Notes: generated by a model from the letters alone, not told the origin. Counted from the first letter of the stretch, positions 28,085 to 38,929 are shown. The stretch: 64,000 nt of DNA from a bacterium (GCA_032250835.1 JAVVEA010000010.1:59274-123273); one strand, 5' to 3'. Numbers and translations: made by a program.

Positions 28085-30613
28085 TTAGGCAGCGTATTCG
28101 TCCAGCTTGGAGAAGTCGAGATAGACGTAGATGTCTTTCTCCTTGCCTGCCAAGTTCTTCTGGTAGAGCTGCAAGTACTCTTCTTTGGTCGGCAAACGAC
28201 CCAAGAGAGCGCACATAGCGGCCAACTCAGCGCTGGACAGGTAGACCTGAGCACCCTTGCCCAGTCGGTTGTCAAAGTTCCGCGTCGAGGTAGACACGAC
28301 GGTGGCCCCGTCGGCTACGCGGGCTTGGTTACCCATGCAGAGCGAACAACCCGGCACTTCCATGCGGGCACCAGCAGTGCCAAAGAGGCTGTAATAGCCT
28401 TCTTCGATCAGCTTATCTTGGTCCATCCGGGTCGGCGGGCAAACCCACAGACGGGCCGCAGACTGGCCTTCGCCGCGCAACATTTCAGCTGCGGCGCGGA
28501 AGTGGCCGATGTTGGTCATGCAGCTGCCGATAAAGACTTCGTCCACCTTAGAACCACCAATCTCGCTGAGCGACTTAACGTCGTCCGGGTCGTTGGGGCA
28601 GGCCAAGATCGGCTCGGTGATGGCGTCTAAGTCGATTTCTACCACCGCTGCATATTCAGCGTTGGCATCGGCCTTCAGCAATTCGGGCTTGGCCAACCAT
28701 TTTTCCATCTCGTTGATGCGGTTTTGGATCGTTTCGGCATGGCCGTATCCGTCGCGTAACATGGATTTGAGTAGGGCCGCGTTGCTGCGGGTAAACTCAA
28801 CCACCGTCTTTTCGCCCAAGGCAATGGCGCAGGCCGCTGCACTCCGCTCGGCGGAAGCATCGGTCAGTTCAAAGGCCTGTTCGATGGTTAGGTCGGGCAG
28901 ACCTTCGATCTCCAGGATGCGGCCGTTGAAGATGTTCTTCTTGCCCTTTTTTTCTACGGTCAACAGGCCCTGCTTGATCGCCTGGTAGGGGATCGCGTTG
29001 ACCACATCGCGCAGGGTGATGCCGGGCTGCAATTTGCCTTTAAAACGCACCAAAACCGATTCGGGCATATCCAAAGGCATCTTGCCGGTCGCTGCCGCAA
29101 AGGCCACCAAGCCGGAACCTGCCGGGAAGCTGATGCCGATGGGGAAGCGGGTGTGTGAATCGCCCCCGGTGCCGACCGTGTCGGGCAGCAACATGCGGTT
29201 TAACCAAGAGTGGATCACGCCGTCACCGGGGCGTAGGCTGACGCCCTTGCGGTCGGTGATGAACTTAGGCAAGGTGCGGTGGGTTTTGATGTCCGCAGGC
29301 TTGGGGTACGCGGCGGTGTGGCAGAAGGACTGCAACACTAGGTCCGCCTGGAAGCCCAAGCAAGCCAGTTCCATCATCTCGTCGCGGGTCATGGGGCCGG
29401 TGGTGTCCTGGCTACCGACGGTGGTCATCTTAGGCAGCAACTTCTGGCCAGGTAAAACGCCGGGCAGTTCGCAGGCCTTGCCGACCATCTTCTGGGCCAA
29501 GCTGTAGCCGCCCTTGTGCTCCGGTGCCGCTTCGTCGGGCAGGAAGACGGGGCTAGCTCCTAGGCCGAGGGCCTTGCGGGCGCGCTCGGTCAATTCCTTG
29601 CCGATGATCAGGTTGACCCGACCGCCAGCGCGGACTTCTTCGAGCAAGCTCGGGGTGATGTCGCCGTCGGCCAATTTGTTGCCCTGAGCGTCTTTGATTT
29701 GGTTGGCCTTGATGTCCACCACAATCTCTTTGCCGGTGGTCAGTTCGCTTACGTCGCAGCGGATCGGCAAAGCGCCGGAGTCTTCGGCGGTGTTGTAAAA
29801 GATCGGGGCAATGGCGCTGCCGATCACCACGCCGCCGCGGCGCTTATTGGGGACAAAGGCGATGTCTTCGCCGGTGTACCAGATCACGCTGTTCGCCGCC
29901 GACTTGCGCGAAGAACCGGTGCCGACCACGTCACCGACATAGATCACGTTCTTGCCTTCGGCGCGCCAGCCTTCAATCATGGCGATGCCGCCGGGGAAGC
30001 GCGACTGACCCATGGACTTAGCATGCATGGGGATGTCCGGGCGGCTCCAGGCCTCAGAGGCCGGAGAGAGGTCGTCGGTGTTGGTTTCGCCGTCTACCTT
30101 GTAGACCACGCCGCTGACCGTAGCGGGAACCTCGGGCTTGTTGGTGTACCATTCGGCATCGGCCCAGGATTGCAATACGCCTTTGGCGTGGGCGTTGCCG
30201 CCGTCGGCCATGGCTTTGACTTCCGCAAAGGCGTCGGCGACCAAGATGCTGTTTTTTAACTGCTCTGCTGCCTCCGCGCCCAACTCAGCGTCCTTGAGCA
30301 GGTCCACCAGGGGCTTGATGTTATAGCCGCCCACCATGGTGCCCAGCAGGAAGACTGCCTTTTTCTTGTCAATCAGCGGGGAACTTTTTTCGCCCAGGGC
30401 CAGTTCGGTCAAAAACCCGGCCTTGACCATAGCCGCAGGGTCCACACCGGGGGACACGCGGTTGCTGATCAGGTCGAGCAAGAATTCTTCCTTGCCAGCA
30501 GGGGGGTTGACCAACAGGCCGCAAAGTTCTTCGGTCTGCTTCGGGTCTAAGGGCAGCGCGGGCACGCCCTGCTCTTCCCGTTCCTTTTGGTGTGCGAGGT
30601 AAGCTTCAATCAT
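28085..30613 (-). CDS. acnB: Aconitate hydratase B
   Basis: GETNTDDLSPA, GTGSSRKSA, QDTTGPMTRDE, GGDSHTRFP, FIGSCMTN and PGCSLCMGNQ. Confidence 0.98.
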   Translation of the reverse strand: MIEAYLAHQKEREEQGVPALPLDPKQTEELCGLLVNPPAGKEEFLLDLISNRVSPGVDPAAMVKAGFLTELALGEKSSPLIDKKKAVFLLGTMVGGYNIKPLVDLLKDAELGAEAAEQLKNSILVADAFAEVKAMADGGNAHAKGVLQSWADAEWYTNKPEVPATVSGVVYKVDGETNTDDLSPASEAWSRPDIPMHAKSMGQSRFPGGIAMIEGWRAEGKNVIYVGDVVGTGSSRKSAANSVIWYTGEDIAFVPNKRRGGVVIGSAIAPIFYNTAEDSGALPIRCDVSELTTGKEIVVDIKANQIKDAQGNKLADGDITPSLLEEVRAGGRVNLIIGKELTERARKALGLGASPVFLPDEAAPEHKGGYSLAQKMVGKACELPGVLPGQKLLPKMTTVGSQDTTGPMTRDEMMELACLGFQADLVLQSFCHTAAYPKPADIKTHRTLPKFITDRKGVSLRPGDGVIHSWLNRMLLPDTVGTGGDSHTRFPIGISFPAGSGLVAFAAATGKMPLDMPESVLVRFKGKLQPGITLRDVVNAIPYQAIKQGLLTVEKKGKKNIFNGRILEIEGLPDLTIEQAFELTDASAERSAAACAIALGEKTVVEFTRSNAALLKSMLRDGYGHAETIQNRINEMEKWLAKPELLKADANAEYAAVVEIDLDAITEPILACPNDPDDVKSLSEIGGSKVDEVFIGSCMTNIGHFRAAAEMLRGEGQSAARLWVCPPTRMDQDKLIEEGYYSLFGTAGARMEVPGCSLCMGNQARVADGATVVSTSTRNFDNRLGKGAQVYLSSAELAAMCALLGRLPTKEEYLQLYQKNLAGKEKDIYVYLDFSKLDEYAA

Positions 30614-30839
30614 GTCGCTTTAGTCGTAATAAAGGGTTGAATCTAAAAGCTCCCGCAGCCGATAGCCCAGCAGGGCCCAAGGTCTGCGCGAAAAAAGTCC
30701 AGTCAAAAAACCTCGATTATTCTAACGAATCCCATCAGGTTTAGTCAATCAATGAAGGGGCAAGAAAGCGCCTTTTAAGGTGTTGTAGATTACCAAAAAA
30801 GCCGCCTTTATTTTTGGGCGCTTGGGAGCGAGCCGGAAA

Positions 30840-32342
30840 TTAGCTTTCTTTGCTGGTGCCCAGGCCGGTGGAGCGGTAGCGGGCCATGCGGCGTTTTAAG
30901 AAGCCTAAGCGGTTGACGGAGCCTTTGGCGAAGGAGCGCAGCCGGGGGTAGGCGGCGATTACTTGCCAAGCGGTCATCAGGCCCAACTGGACCGGGTCGA
31001 TTTGGCCCTTAAAGATTTGGGCCTGGAAGGTGACGTATTCGCGGAAGATGCGGCGCTTGCTAAAACCCGGCAACTTGAGGTAAACCCGGCTCCGCTCGGC
31101 GGTGGCCCCTAGGTTCTTGGGGTCCAAAAGACCCATATCCACCGAAAGCTGGTGCAGGTCCGTGCCCGGATAGGGGTAGAAGATGTTTAAGTAAGCGCGG
31201 GTGGGGTTGCAGGCTCGGGTGACGGCTTTGGTTTCGTTGAATTCCAAGGGCGTTTCGGTGGGCAGGCCAACCAAAACAAAGAGGTTCTTTTCGATGCCGT
31301 ACTCGTCGGCCCAGCTAGAGAAGCGGATGATCTCTTCGTTGGTATACTTGGGGCGGCGCAGGATTTCGGCGCGGATGCGTTCGGAGCCCGACTCCAAACC
31401 GAAGTTCACAAACCGGAAGTTAGCCCGCTGCATGGACGCCAACATAGCCCGGCAGGCCTCCTCGTTGCGCACCAAGTTGCTGGTCACCGTCATGTTGATG
31501 CCGAAGCTCAGCGGCACCTCGCGCTTTAAATTAAACTGATAGAGCGCCTCGCAAAGTTCGTGGATATAATCCAAGAAGATACTGACCGTTTCAATCTCGA
31601 AATAAATATTGTCCAGCTCTGGCGTGGTGGCCACAATCTGCTCTAACTCCACCATCACGTTGGAAACGTCGCGCTTGCGTACATACTTGCCCTTGGCCAG
31701 ATTTTTGAGCGCATGGTTCGAGCAATAGGTGCAGCGGTAAGGACAACCCCGACCTAACAAAATCACCGCCGAGCCCGAAGCATTGGTGATCCAAGGGGCC
31801 CAGTGGGCGCGGTTGATGAAGGGCAAGCGGTTGACGTCGTCGATGAAGCGGCTGGTGTCGTTTTTCTCCCAACCCCCGTCTGCTTGGCGAATCCAGAAGT
31901 TCGCCACCCCGCTGGGTTTTTGGGTCGCCTCGTATTGCTTGAAATACTCAGTCGCCGCTTCGTCGCCTTCGCCGATGCAAAGCGCGTCCAGGGCGCTGCA
32001 CTTCATTGCGTCTTGAGGAGCCAAGGAGGCATGGTGCCCGCCCAATACCACCGGCAGTTTGGGGGCGGCGGCCTTAAAGGCCTGGGCCATTTCGCAGGCC
32101 TGAGGGAATTGGGAAGAGACGGCGGTCAGGCAGAGCGCCTCGGCCCCGAAGTCGCCCAACATCTCTTCTAACAGGTGGGGCAGGTGGGTTTCGGGGGTTT
32201 TTACCCAGGTGCGGATCTGGTGTCCTGCTGCTTCTAAACTAGCCGCCACCATGGCGATGCCAAAGGGGACCTCGGGCCAAGCGCTGAGCGGTGTGGCGAC
32301 GGTAACATAATGCTCGACAGTATAAACGCAGGCGATGCGCAT
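30840..32342 (-). CDS. B12-binding-domain radical SAM protein
   Basis: Cobalamin-binding region (VVLGGHHAS, LCIGEGD), GRGCPYRCTYC, GLESGSERI and YPYPGT. Confidence 0.9.
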   Translation of the reverse strand: MRIACVYTVEHYVTVATPLSAWPEVPFGIAMVAASLEAAGHQIRTWVKTPETHLPHLLEEMLGDFGAEALCLTAVSSQFPQACEMAQAFKAAAPKLPVVLGGHHASLAPQDAMKCSALDALCIGEGDEAATEYFKQYEATQKPSGVANFWIRQADGGWEKNDTSRFIDDVNRLPFINRAHWAPWITNASGSAVILLGRGCPYRCTYCSNHALKNLAKGKYVRKRDVSNVMVELEQIVATTPELDNIYFEIETVSIFLDYIHELCEALYQFNLKREVPLSFGINMTVTSNLVRNEEACRAMLASMQRANFRFVNFGLESGSERIRAEILRRPKYTNEEIIRFSSWADEYGIEKNLFVLVGLPTETPLEFNETKAVTRACNPTRAYLNIFYPYPGTDLHQLSVDMGLLDPKNLGATAERSRVYLKLPGFSKRRIFREYVTFQAQIFKGQIDPVQLGLMTAWQVIAAYPRLRSFAKGSVNRLGFLKRRMARYRSTGLGTSKES

Positions 32343-32436
32343 CGGAGGCCTCGGGGGAATGGCTTGGTTGGGGCTCTAGGATGCTCTTTTTTTGGACTTC
32401 TTGTCAAATAGAGAGCCGCAGAGGCTAGGCTTCAGC

Positions 32437-32961
32437 CTAATCTTCAGGCAAGGCCTCAAAAAAAACTGTATTGGGCATAACCTGAAAGTTCTTTTCGATG
32501 AAGCGGTGGATTCCCTCGACGGGCCACTTGCTGTCGCGGGCAAAGGCCTGGGCGATTTGGCGGTTGAAACGGGTGACAAATTGGTTGTATAGCTGCGGGC
32601 TGCTGCCGGCCAATTTGACGTACATGCCCATCACCGAAGCAAAAGCAAAGACCGAAGAGGCCCGTTGTAGGCTCCCTAAACGCTCCGGCGGTAGCTTGGC
32701 TTGGATCATGGGCTTGGAGTTATACAACACCGCCACCAAGACAGCGGCCAACTCGCTACGTTTGCAGTAGGGGTTCACCCAGTTGTTGGTCCAGGTGTGG
32801 TAAAGCTCAGTGGCTTTAGAGGCCAGTGATTTGACGCCCGGGCCAAAGGCCCTGGCTTCCAATTTGCCGCCCGTGGCCTCGACCAACCCCTCGGCAATCG
32901 CTTCGGCCAGCCCTTGCAGGTACAGGGTTAGGTTCTCTTCGATCAGTGTCTGATTATTCAC
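32437..32961 (-). CDS. Hypothetical protein
   Basis: 174-aa ORF with a GTGA overlap on the upstream gene. Confidence 0.7.
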   Translation of the reverse strand: MNNQTLIEENLTLYLQGLAEAIAEGLVEATGGKLEARAFGPGVKSLASKATELYHTWTNNWVNPYCKRSELAAVLVAVLYNSKPMIQAKLPPERLGSLQRASSVFAFASVMGMYVKLAGSSPQLYNQFVTRFNRQIAQAFARDSKWPVEGIHRFIEKNFQVMPNTVFFEALPED

Positions 32962-33395
32962 CGGGCCCCCCGCAAGAGATTGACCACCGCCTGACGGACC
33001 AATTGGCGCACCTGCGGTGCGGCGAAGTAGTCTCGGTCAAAGGTCTGGCGGGTGTCGGAGCGGTCAAATAATTTGGCGAAAATCGAGTCGATATGTTCTA
33101 AAAAGTGGTTGAGTTCCTTGGTCAGTTGGCGGTCCACCACGGGGCCTTCCTTCTCGGAGCGTTTGCTTTCGAGCAGAGCAAAAAAGGCGCGGAACTCGGC
33201 GGCCAAGCGTAATTCTTCGTTGTCGCCCAAGGCGTGGTCGGCATTTTTGTTGGCTGGGTAGAACTTGAGCACGTCGGCGAGCAAGCCGCCGACGGTCATG
33301 GTCTGGAAGTCGTTAAAATAGATTTCGGCACGTGCCAAACCACTGGATTCTAACTCCTGCAAATATCCCTCGATGGTTTCATTAAATTTGGGCAT
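32958..33395 (-). CDS. Hypothetical protein
   Basis: 145-aa helical ORF 19 nt downstream of the response regulator. Confidence 0.7.
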   Translation of the reverse strand: MPKFNETIEGYLQELESSGLARAEIYFNDFQTMTVGGLLADVLKFYPANKNADHALGDNEELRLAAEFRAFFALLESKRSEKEGPVVDRQLTKELNHFLEHIDSIFAKLFDRSDTRQTFDRDYFAAPQVRQLVRQAVVNLLRGAR

Positions 33396-33414
33396 GCGAG
33401 GATCAGCGGTTGGG

Positions 33415-34821
33415 TTATTCTTCGGCCTTAATGTCCTTGGTCTTGATCTTGTACCTTAAGGCCCGCTCACTGACACCTAACTCTTTAGCGGCCCGGGTTT
33501 GGACGCCGTTGTGTTTTTTTAGGGCCATTTCGATCAAGCGCTTTTCGGCTTCTTCTAAGGTCATCAACTCTAGGTAGGCTTCGCCAGATTCCGCATTGGG
33601 CTCGGACTCTTTGTGTTGGTTGTTAACGCCTACCGGAAGGTCTTTGACGCTGATCACGTCATCACGAGCGATTACGATAGCCCGCTCGATGATGTTTTCT
33701 AGCTCCCGGATGTTACCGGGATAGTCGTATTTGACCAAGATCGACTGCGCTTCTTGGGTCATACCTTGGATGTGGCGGCCATTCTCGTCGGCATATTTTT
33801 TAATGAAGTGGTCCACCAAGGGCATGATGTCTTCACGTCGGCTGCGAAGTGCCGGGATGTAAATGGGCACCACACTGAGGCGGTAAAAGAGATCCTCGCG
33901 CATCGTCTTCGACTCGACCGCTTCTTCTAAGTTGCGGTTGGTCGCGGCGATGATGCGCACGTCCACTTTGATGGTCTGGTTGCTGCCCACGCGTTCAAAC
34001 TCACGCTCTTGCAAGACGCGCAGGAGCTTGGTCTGGGTGGTTAGGCTGATTTCACCGATTTCGTCTAAGAAGATGGTGCCTTTGTGGGCCTCTTCAAATT
34101 TCCCTTTGCGGTCGGCGATGGCCCCGGTGAAGGAGCCTTTGATGTGGCCGAATAACTCGGACTCAAGCAGCGTCTCGGGTAGGGCCGCGCAGTTGACCTT
34201 AATGAAGGGCTGGTCTTTACGGCTGCTGGCGAAGTGCAGCGCCTTGGCGACTAATTCCTTACCGGTGCCCGACTCGCCCCGGATCATCACCGTGGCGTTG
34301 GAGTTGGCCACCCGCTGGACCATGCTCATCACCTCGGCGAGCGCCGAAGAGCTGCCTATGATGTTTTCGAAGCGGAATTTTTCTTGGAGGATTTCTTTAA
34401 GTTGGCGGTTTTCGACAATCAACCGCTTGGTGTCGACGTTGCGGTCGATTAGGATCAACAACTCTTTAAGGTCGATGGGCTTGGTTAGGTAGTCGTTGGC
34501 CCCGGATTTGATTACCTCAACGGCCGTTTCGATGCTGCCGTAGGCGGAGATCATCACAATGGCAATGGCCGGGTCCACCTCGCGTACCGCTTTGATCAGC
34601 TCCAAGCCGTTCATCTTGGGCATGCGGTAATCGGCGATCATTAGGTCGAATTCACGTGACCGAACCAACTGTAGGCCCTCGGAGGGGTCGTTGGTGGTGG
34701 TGACGTGGAACCCTTTTTTGGTTAAAAAGCCGCTCAGCAGTTCGGTCTGGCTGGCTTCGTCATCGACAATCAGGATCTTGGCGTTCATGCCCAAACCTTG
34801 GGTTGGAATTGGATCAGTCAT
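33415..34821 (-). CDS. Sigma54-dependent response regulator (NtrC/AtoC/ZraR family)
   Basis: [35 protein letters not shown] and a Fis HTH. The start may be ATG 34788. Confidence 0.93.
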   Translation of the reverse strand: MTDPIPTQGLGMNAKILIVDDEASQTELLSGFLTKKGFHVTTTNDPSEGLQLVRSREFDLMIADYRMPKMNGLELIKAVREVDPAIAIVMISAYGSIETAVEVIKSGANDYLTKPIDLKELLILIDRNVDTKRLIVENRQLKEILQEKFRFENIIGSSSALAEVMSMVQRVANSNATVMIRGESGTGKELVAKALHFASSRKDQPFIKVNCAALPETLLESELFGHIKGSFTGAIADRKGKFEEAHKGTIFLDEIGEISLTTQTKLLRVLQEREFERVGSNQTIKVDVRIIAATNRNLEEAVESKTMREDLFYRLSVVPIYIPALRSRREDIMPLVDHFIKKYADENGRHIQGMTQEAQSILVKYDYPGNIRELENIIERAIVIARDDVISVKDLPVGVNNQHKESEPNAESGEAYLELMTLEEAEKRLIEMALKKHNGVQTRAAKELGVSERALRYKIKTKDIKAEE

Positions 34822-34825
34822 AGCT

Positions 34826-36424
34826 TTAGCCCAAAGCCTGTCGCTTTGGCAAGATGACCAAAGCCATAGTTCCGCGTTCGTTCAGGGGTTTTAGGTCGAT
34901 TTGCCCCTGGTGGGCCTGGATGATTTTGCGGCAAATAAAGAGCCCAAGCCCGGTCCCGGTTGCTTTGGTGGTGTAATAGATGTCGAAGATTTGTTTGAGC
35001 TTTTCTTTGGGGATGCCCGGCCCTTGATCGATCACTTCAATGCGCCATTGATCGCCCACAAAGCGACTACGGACCCGGATTTCCCCTCCCTCGGGGCTGA
35101 CGTCCAGGGCGTTTTTGAGCAGGTTGAGCAAAACCTGGGTTAGTTTTTCTTTATCCACCGAAACCTGATCGTCCCGCTCGGGCGGCTCAAATAGGACCTG
35201 AACCCCCTGCTCTTCGGCTGACTGGCGGAACAGGACGACACATTGTTGGATCGTTTCGAAGGCGGAATGGTTTTGGAACTTGGGGTCATAGGGTTTAGAA
35301 AAGCCCAAGAAATCAGTAACGATGTTGTTGATCCGTTTGACCTCTTGTTGCATCAAATCGGTCAAAAAGTTCATTTCTTCGGCATCTGCGTCTAAAACCT
35401 GCCCTTCTTCGGGCATATGCTCCAGTTGCAGGCGTTGTAGGGTAATAGAAATGCTGTTGAGCGGATTGCGGATCTCATGGGCCACCCCGGCGGCGAGGTT
35501 GCCTAAGGAAACCAATTTTTCGGACTCCGCCACCTGGGCCTGCATGGACTCAATCTTCTGGGTATAGCCCCAATGCAAACGCCAAGCGAGTGCGGCGGCG
35601 AGACTGGCAAGCAGCATCACCCAGGCCGAGAAGAGTGCGGTGTTTTCAAAGACATCGTCGTAAATTTGTTCAAATTCTTTGCTGTCTAGGCCGATCAACA
35701 GCGCCCCAAACTGGCCGTTGCCCAAAGGGAAGGGGTGTACCGCTTCGTAGAGATCGTCTTTGCGGTAATAATAGGTGGTTTGGTCCTTGAGGCTCGCTTC
35801 GATCCCTTCGTTGGATTCGATCAACCCCCGCTGGGTCGGGTCGGTGTGCGCCAAGATGCGGCGGTTGGGTCCGATGAAGGCGACATAGTCGGCAACCTTC
35901 TTTTCGCGCAGCGAATCGGCTAGCTTCTGTAGGGAGCTTTGGATTTGCAGCTCTTCTAACTTCTCTGGCCCTAAAGCCAACATCAACACCCCGCCGTGCG
36001 AGGTCCTCGGCCAAGCGACTATCGGTCCATCGGGCGGCGAGCCGCCACGGGGGCTAAAGGCCAGCGTGCGGCCTTGGTCGTCAATCAACCACAGCGCCGC
36101 TAGTTCTTCTTGCATCCGGTAAGCGTCCAGTTGGGCGAAGGCGGTGGCGCTTAAAGGTAGGTCCGGTCGGTCTAAGCTTTTGGCCAAGTCCTTTAAGTAG
36201 TCGTTGATTTCTGGGGTGGAGAGGTGGCGCGAATCCACCGCTTGGGTCGCCGATAGCGAGATGAATTCGGCGGTTTCCCCATTTTGACGCCAGAACATCT
36301 TGATGAAGTCTTTTTTGGTCTGGCGGCTGATGAAAAACATGTTCGCCACCAGGATCAACAAGATGGTGCCCAGAAAGGCCCCGCCGTATAAGACGTAGAC
36401 GATGCGCTTAGAGCTGGGCAGCAT
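34826..36424 (-). CDS. Membrane sensor histidine kinase
   Basis: Two TM helices with a periplasmic domain, AHEIRNPL, NLLKNA, DQGPGI and GTGLGL. Confidence 0.93.
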   Translation of the reverse strand: MLPSSKRIVYVLYGGAFLGTILLILVANMFFISRQTKKDFIKMFWRQNGETAEFISLSATQAVDSRHLSTPEINDYLKDLAKSLDRPDLPLSATAFAQLDAYRMQEELAALWLIDDQGRTLAFSPRGGSPPDGPIVAWPRTSHGGVLMLALGPEKLEELQIQSSLQKLADSLREKKVADYVAFIGPNRRILAHTDPTQRGLIESNEGIEASLKDQTTYYYRKDDLYEAVHPFPLGNGQFGALLIGLDSKEFEQIYDDVFENTALFSAWVMLLASLAAALAWRLHWGYTQKIESMQAQVAESEKLVSLGNLAAGVAHEIRNPLNSISITLQRLQLEHMPEEGQVLDADAEEMNFLTDLMQQEVKRINNIVTDFLGFSKPYDPKFQNHSAFETIQQCVVLFRQSAEEQGVQVLFEPPERDDQVSVDKEKLTQVLLNLLKNALDVSPEGGEIRVRSRFVGDQWRIEVIDQGPGIPKEKLKQIFDIYYTTKATGTGLGLFICRKIIQAHQGQIDLKPLNERGTMALVILPKRQALG

Positions 36425-36433
36425 GAGGTCCTT

Positions 36434-37756
36434 TTAGGGTTTGGTGGGTAAAGCTAAAAAGATCGGTTGGCCGTCGCGCTGCACCAACAGGCGTAACTTG
36501 CCGCGGGACTGTTCAATCGCTCGGTTGAGGTCGGTATGTTTGTTTAAGGGAATCCCGTCGGCCTCAGTTAAAATATCGCCTCGGCGCAGTCCCTTCTCGT
36601 AAGCTACCGCATTAGGGTCTACAGCGACCACCAAAAGGCCCGCGTGGTCTTCGATCTTCCACTGGCGGCGCACCTCGGCGTCGATCTCGACCGCCCGGAA
36701 GCCTAGCTCGTTGAGCTGGTCGTTGAGGTTGACCAATTCGCCCTCGGGACGGCGGCCTAAAGAGAATGCTAGGTCCAATTGCCGTCGGTCTCGGTAAATA
36801 CGCATCTTAACTTGGCTACCGGGCAGAGCTTCGGCGACGAGTTGTTGCAGGCGGGTGGTTTTGTCGGTGATTTGGTCATTGAATTTGGTGATCACGTCAC
36901 CTTGCTTCAAGCCGCCCTTTTCGGCGGGGCTGCCGGGGCCCACGGCGGTGACCACAACGCCCTGCAAGTCTTTGGGTAGGCCAAAGGCTTCGGCTAAGTC
37001 GGCGTTCATGTCTTGGATATTGACGCCCAGCCAGCCGCGCTCTACCTTCCCATGCAGCTTGAGCTGGCTTAAGATGTTTTTGGCCAGGTTGATGGGGATG
37101 GCAAAGCCCAGGCCTTGACCTTGGGCGATGGCGGTGTTGATCCCCACCACTTCTCCGTCTACGTTAAAGAGCGGTCCACCCGAGTTACCGGGGTTGATGG
37201 CCGCGTCGGTTTGTAAGAATTGGCCGTAGGCGGTCCCGCCAAAGATGTCGCGGCCCTTGGCGCTGATGATCCCGGCGGTGACCGTATAGTCTAGGCCCAA
37301 GGGGTTGCCGATAGCCAAAACCCAGTCGCCGACCTCCAACTTGTCCGAATCGCCCAAGTCCGCCGCTTTTAGGCGCGGGGCGTCTTCTATCTTAATCAGC
37401 GCCAGATCGGTCATGGGGTCGGTACCGATCACCAGGGCTTGGTAGGATTTGTTGTTAAACAAGGTCACTTCGATCTTTTCGGCCCGCTCAATCACATGGT
37501 TGTTGGTGACGATGTAGCCATCAGAGCTATAGACAAAACCCGAACCCAACGCGTTGCTTCTGCGCTCCGGTTGGGGCCCGAAGAAGCGCTCGATCATCGG
37601 GTCTTTATTGGCCGGTAGGGTCGAAGAGGTGGAAATATGTACCACCTTCTCCCGTTCGCTTTTGACAATCGGCGCAAAGCTTTCGTGGGCGTATAGTAAC
37701 GAGGTGCTGAGCAAGAGGGCCAAGAGGGCCGGTAGGTGGCGGAACATGGGGATCAA
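36434..37756 (-). CDS. degP: DegP/DegQ (Do) serine protease with two PDZ domains
   Basis: Signal peptide, GSGF, TNNHV, DLALIKI and TDAAINPGNSGGPL. Confidence 0.93.
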   Translation of the reverse strand: MIPMFRHLPALLALLLSTSLLYAHESFAPIVKSEREKVVHISTSSTLPANKDPMIERFFGPQPERRSNALGSGFVYSSDGYIVTNNHVIERAEKIEVTLFNNKSYQALVIGTDPMTDLALIKIEDAPRLKAADLGDSDKLEVGDWVLAIGNPLGLDYTVTAGIISAKGRDIFGGTAYGQFLQTDAAINPGNSGGPLFNVDGEVVGINTAIAQGQGLGFAIPINLAKNILSQLKLHGKVERGWLGVNIQDMNADLAEAFGLPKDLQGVVVTAVGPGSPAEKGGLKQGDVITKFNDQITDKTTRLQQLVAEALPGSQVKMRIYRDRRQLDLAFSLGRRPEGELVNLNDQLNELGFRAVEIDAEVRRQWKIEDHAGLLVVAVDPNAVAYEKGLRRGDILTEADGIPLNKHTDLNRAIEQSRGKLRLLVQRDGQPIFLALPTKP

Positions 37757-38046
37757 TCCTCTGTGAGATAGATGTCTTCGGCGTCCGATTCGGCTACAAA
37801 GACTTTAAAGCCTTGCTCGCGCAGCCCCCGCAACCGGGGGTCTTTCTTCTGGTTGGCGGCGCGGCATTTTTTACAGCTGCAGTCGATGTGATGGGTTTTC
37901 TGGTACTTTTTTAGTTTGATCTTGGTGAGGTCCTTACCTTCGGCCTCTAGGTCGATCAGGAGCTTCTCGATCTCCTTCATCGCGCGTTTTAAGATCAATT
38001 CACGCTGCGCCGGACTACCCCGGCGCGGGGCTTTCTTGAATAACAT
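37753..38046 (-). CDS. Small basic hypothetical protein with an HHIDCSCKKC motif
   Basis: 97-aa ORF tightly packed between the ubiA-family gene and degP. Confidence 0.65.
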   Translation of the reverse strand: MLFKKAPRRGSPAQRELILKRAMKEIEKLLIDLEAEGKDLTKIKLKKYQKTHHIDCSCKKCRAANQKKDPRLRGLREQGFKVFVAESDAEDIYLTED

Positions 38047-38047
38047 C

Positions 38048-38917
38048 TTAGCCCACCCAGCCTTCTAAAAGCAACGCGAAGAATAACAGAGCGCTGATCA
38101 CGGCGTTGAGGTTGAAGAAGGCCAGATTGATCTTACCAAGCTTGCCGCCCTGGACCAAGCCATGCTCTAGCGCCAACAGAAGGCTGGCTAGCACCGCCCC
38201 GGCCCAAAAAGGCCAGCCTAGCTGTAGCAGGTAGGCTAAGGCGAACCAGGCCAAAGCGGCAATCAAATGTAGGCCCTTGGCGGTGATGAGGCTTGCGCGC
38301 ACGCCTAAAGCCACGGGGATCGAGTGTAAGCCCGCCGATTGGTCAAATTCGCGGTCTTGTAGAGCGTAGAGGATGTCAAAGCCTGAAATCCAGGCCATCA
38401 CCGAAGCGCCCAAAACCAACGCAGCGGGCTCTAAAGTCCCGGTGATGGCGATCCAGGCGGCAATCGGACTCGCCCCGATGGCGAGCCCCAAAAAGAGATG
38501 GCACCAGGCAGTGAAACGCTTGGTGTAAGAATAAAAGGAGACCAAAAAGATGGCCAGCGGGCTTAAGTAAAAAGCCAGTGGGTTCAGTTGGCTGGCCGCA
38601 AAAACCAAGAGCCCGTAAGAAAGCAGGATCATGCCGATCATCACGGGCGTCGAAACCTCACCGGTCACGCTGGGGCGCGCCTCTGTGCGTGGGTTAGCCG
38701 CATCGAAGCGGCGGTCCACCAAGCGGTTGAAACCCATCGCCCCAGTCCGGGCCCCGGCCATGGCCACCACCACCCAAAAGAGCAGTTCGGCGTAAAGGCT
38801 CATTTCCTGTGGGCCCCGCTGGCGAAAGCCTAGGACCGCGCCCATCAAGGCGAAGGGCAGGGCAAAGAGGGTGTGGCTAAACTTAATTAGCTCTAAAAAT
38901 TTCAACAAGCCAGACAA
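38048..38917 (-). CDS. mqnP: UbiA-family polyprenyltransferase (MqnP-like)
   Basis: IKFSHTLFALPFA, AMGFNRLVDRRFDAANPRT, YSYTKRF and GFDILYALQD. Confidence 0.88.
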   Translation of the reverse strand: MSGLLKFLELIKFSHTLFALPFALMGAVLGFRQRGPQEMSLYAELLFWVVVAMAGARTGAMGFNRLVDRRFDAANPRTEARPSVTGEVSTPVMIGMILLSYGLLVFAASQLNPLAFYLSPLAIFLVSFYSYTKRFTAWCHLFLGLAIGASPIAAWIAITGTLEPAALVLGASVMAWISGFDILYALQDREFDQSAGLHSIPVALGVRASLITAKGLHLIAALAWFALAYLLQLGWPFWAGAVLASLLLALEHGLVQGGKLGKINLAFFNLNAVISALLFFALLLEGWVG

Positions 38918-38929
38918 CCAGACCCCTGA

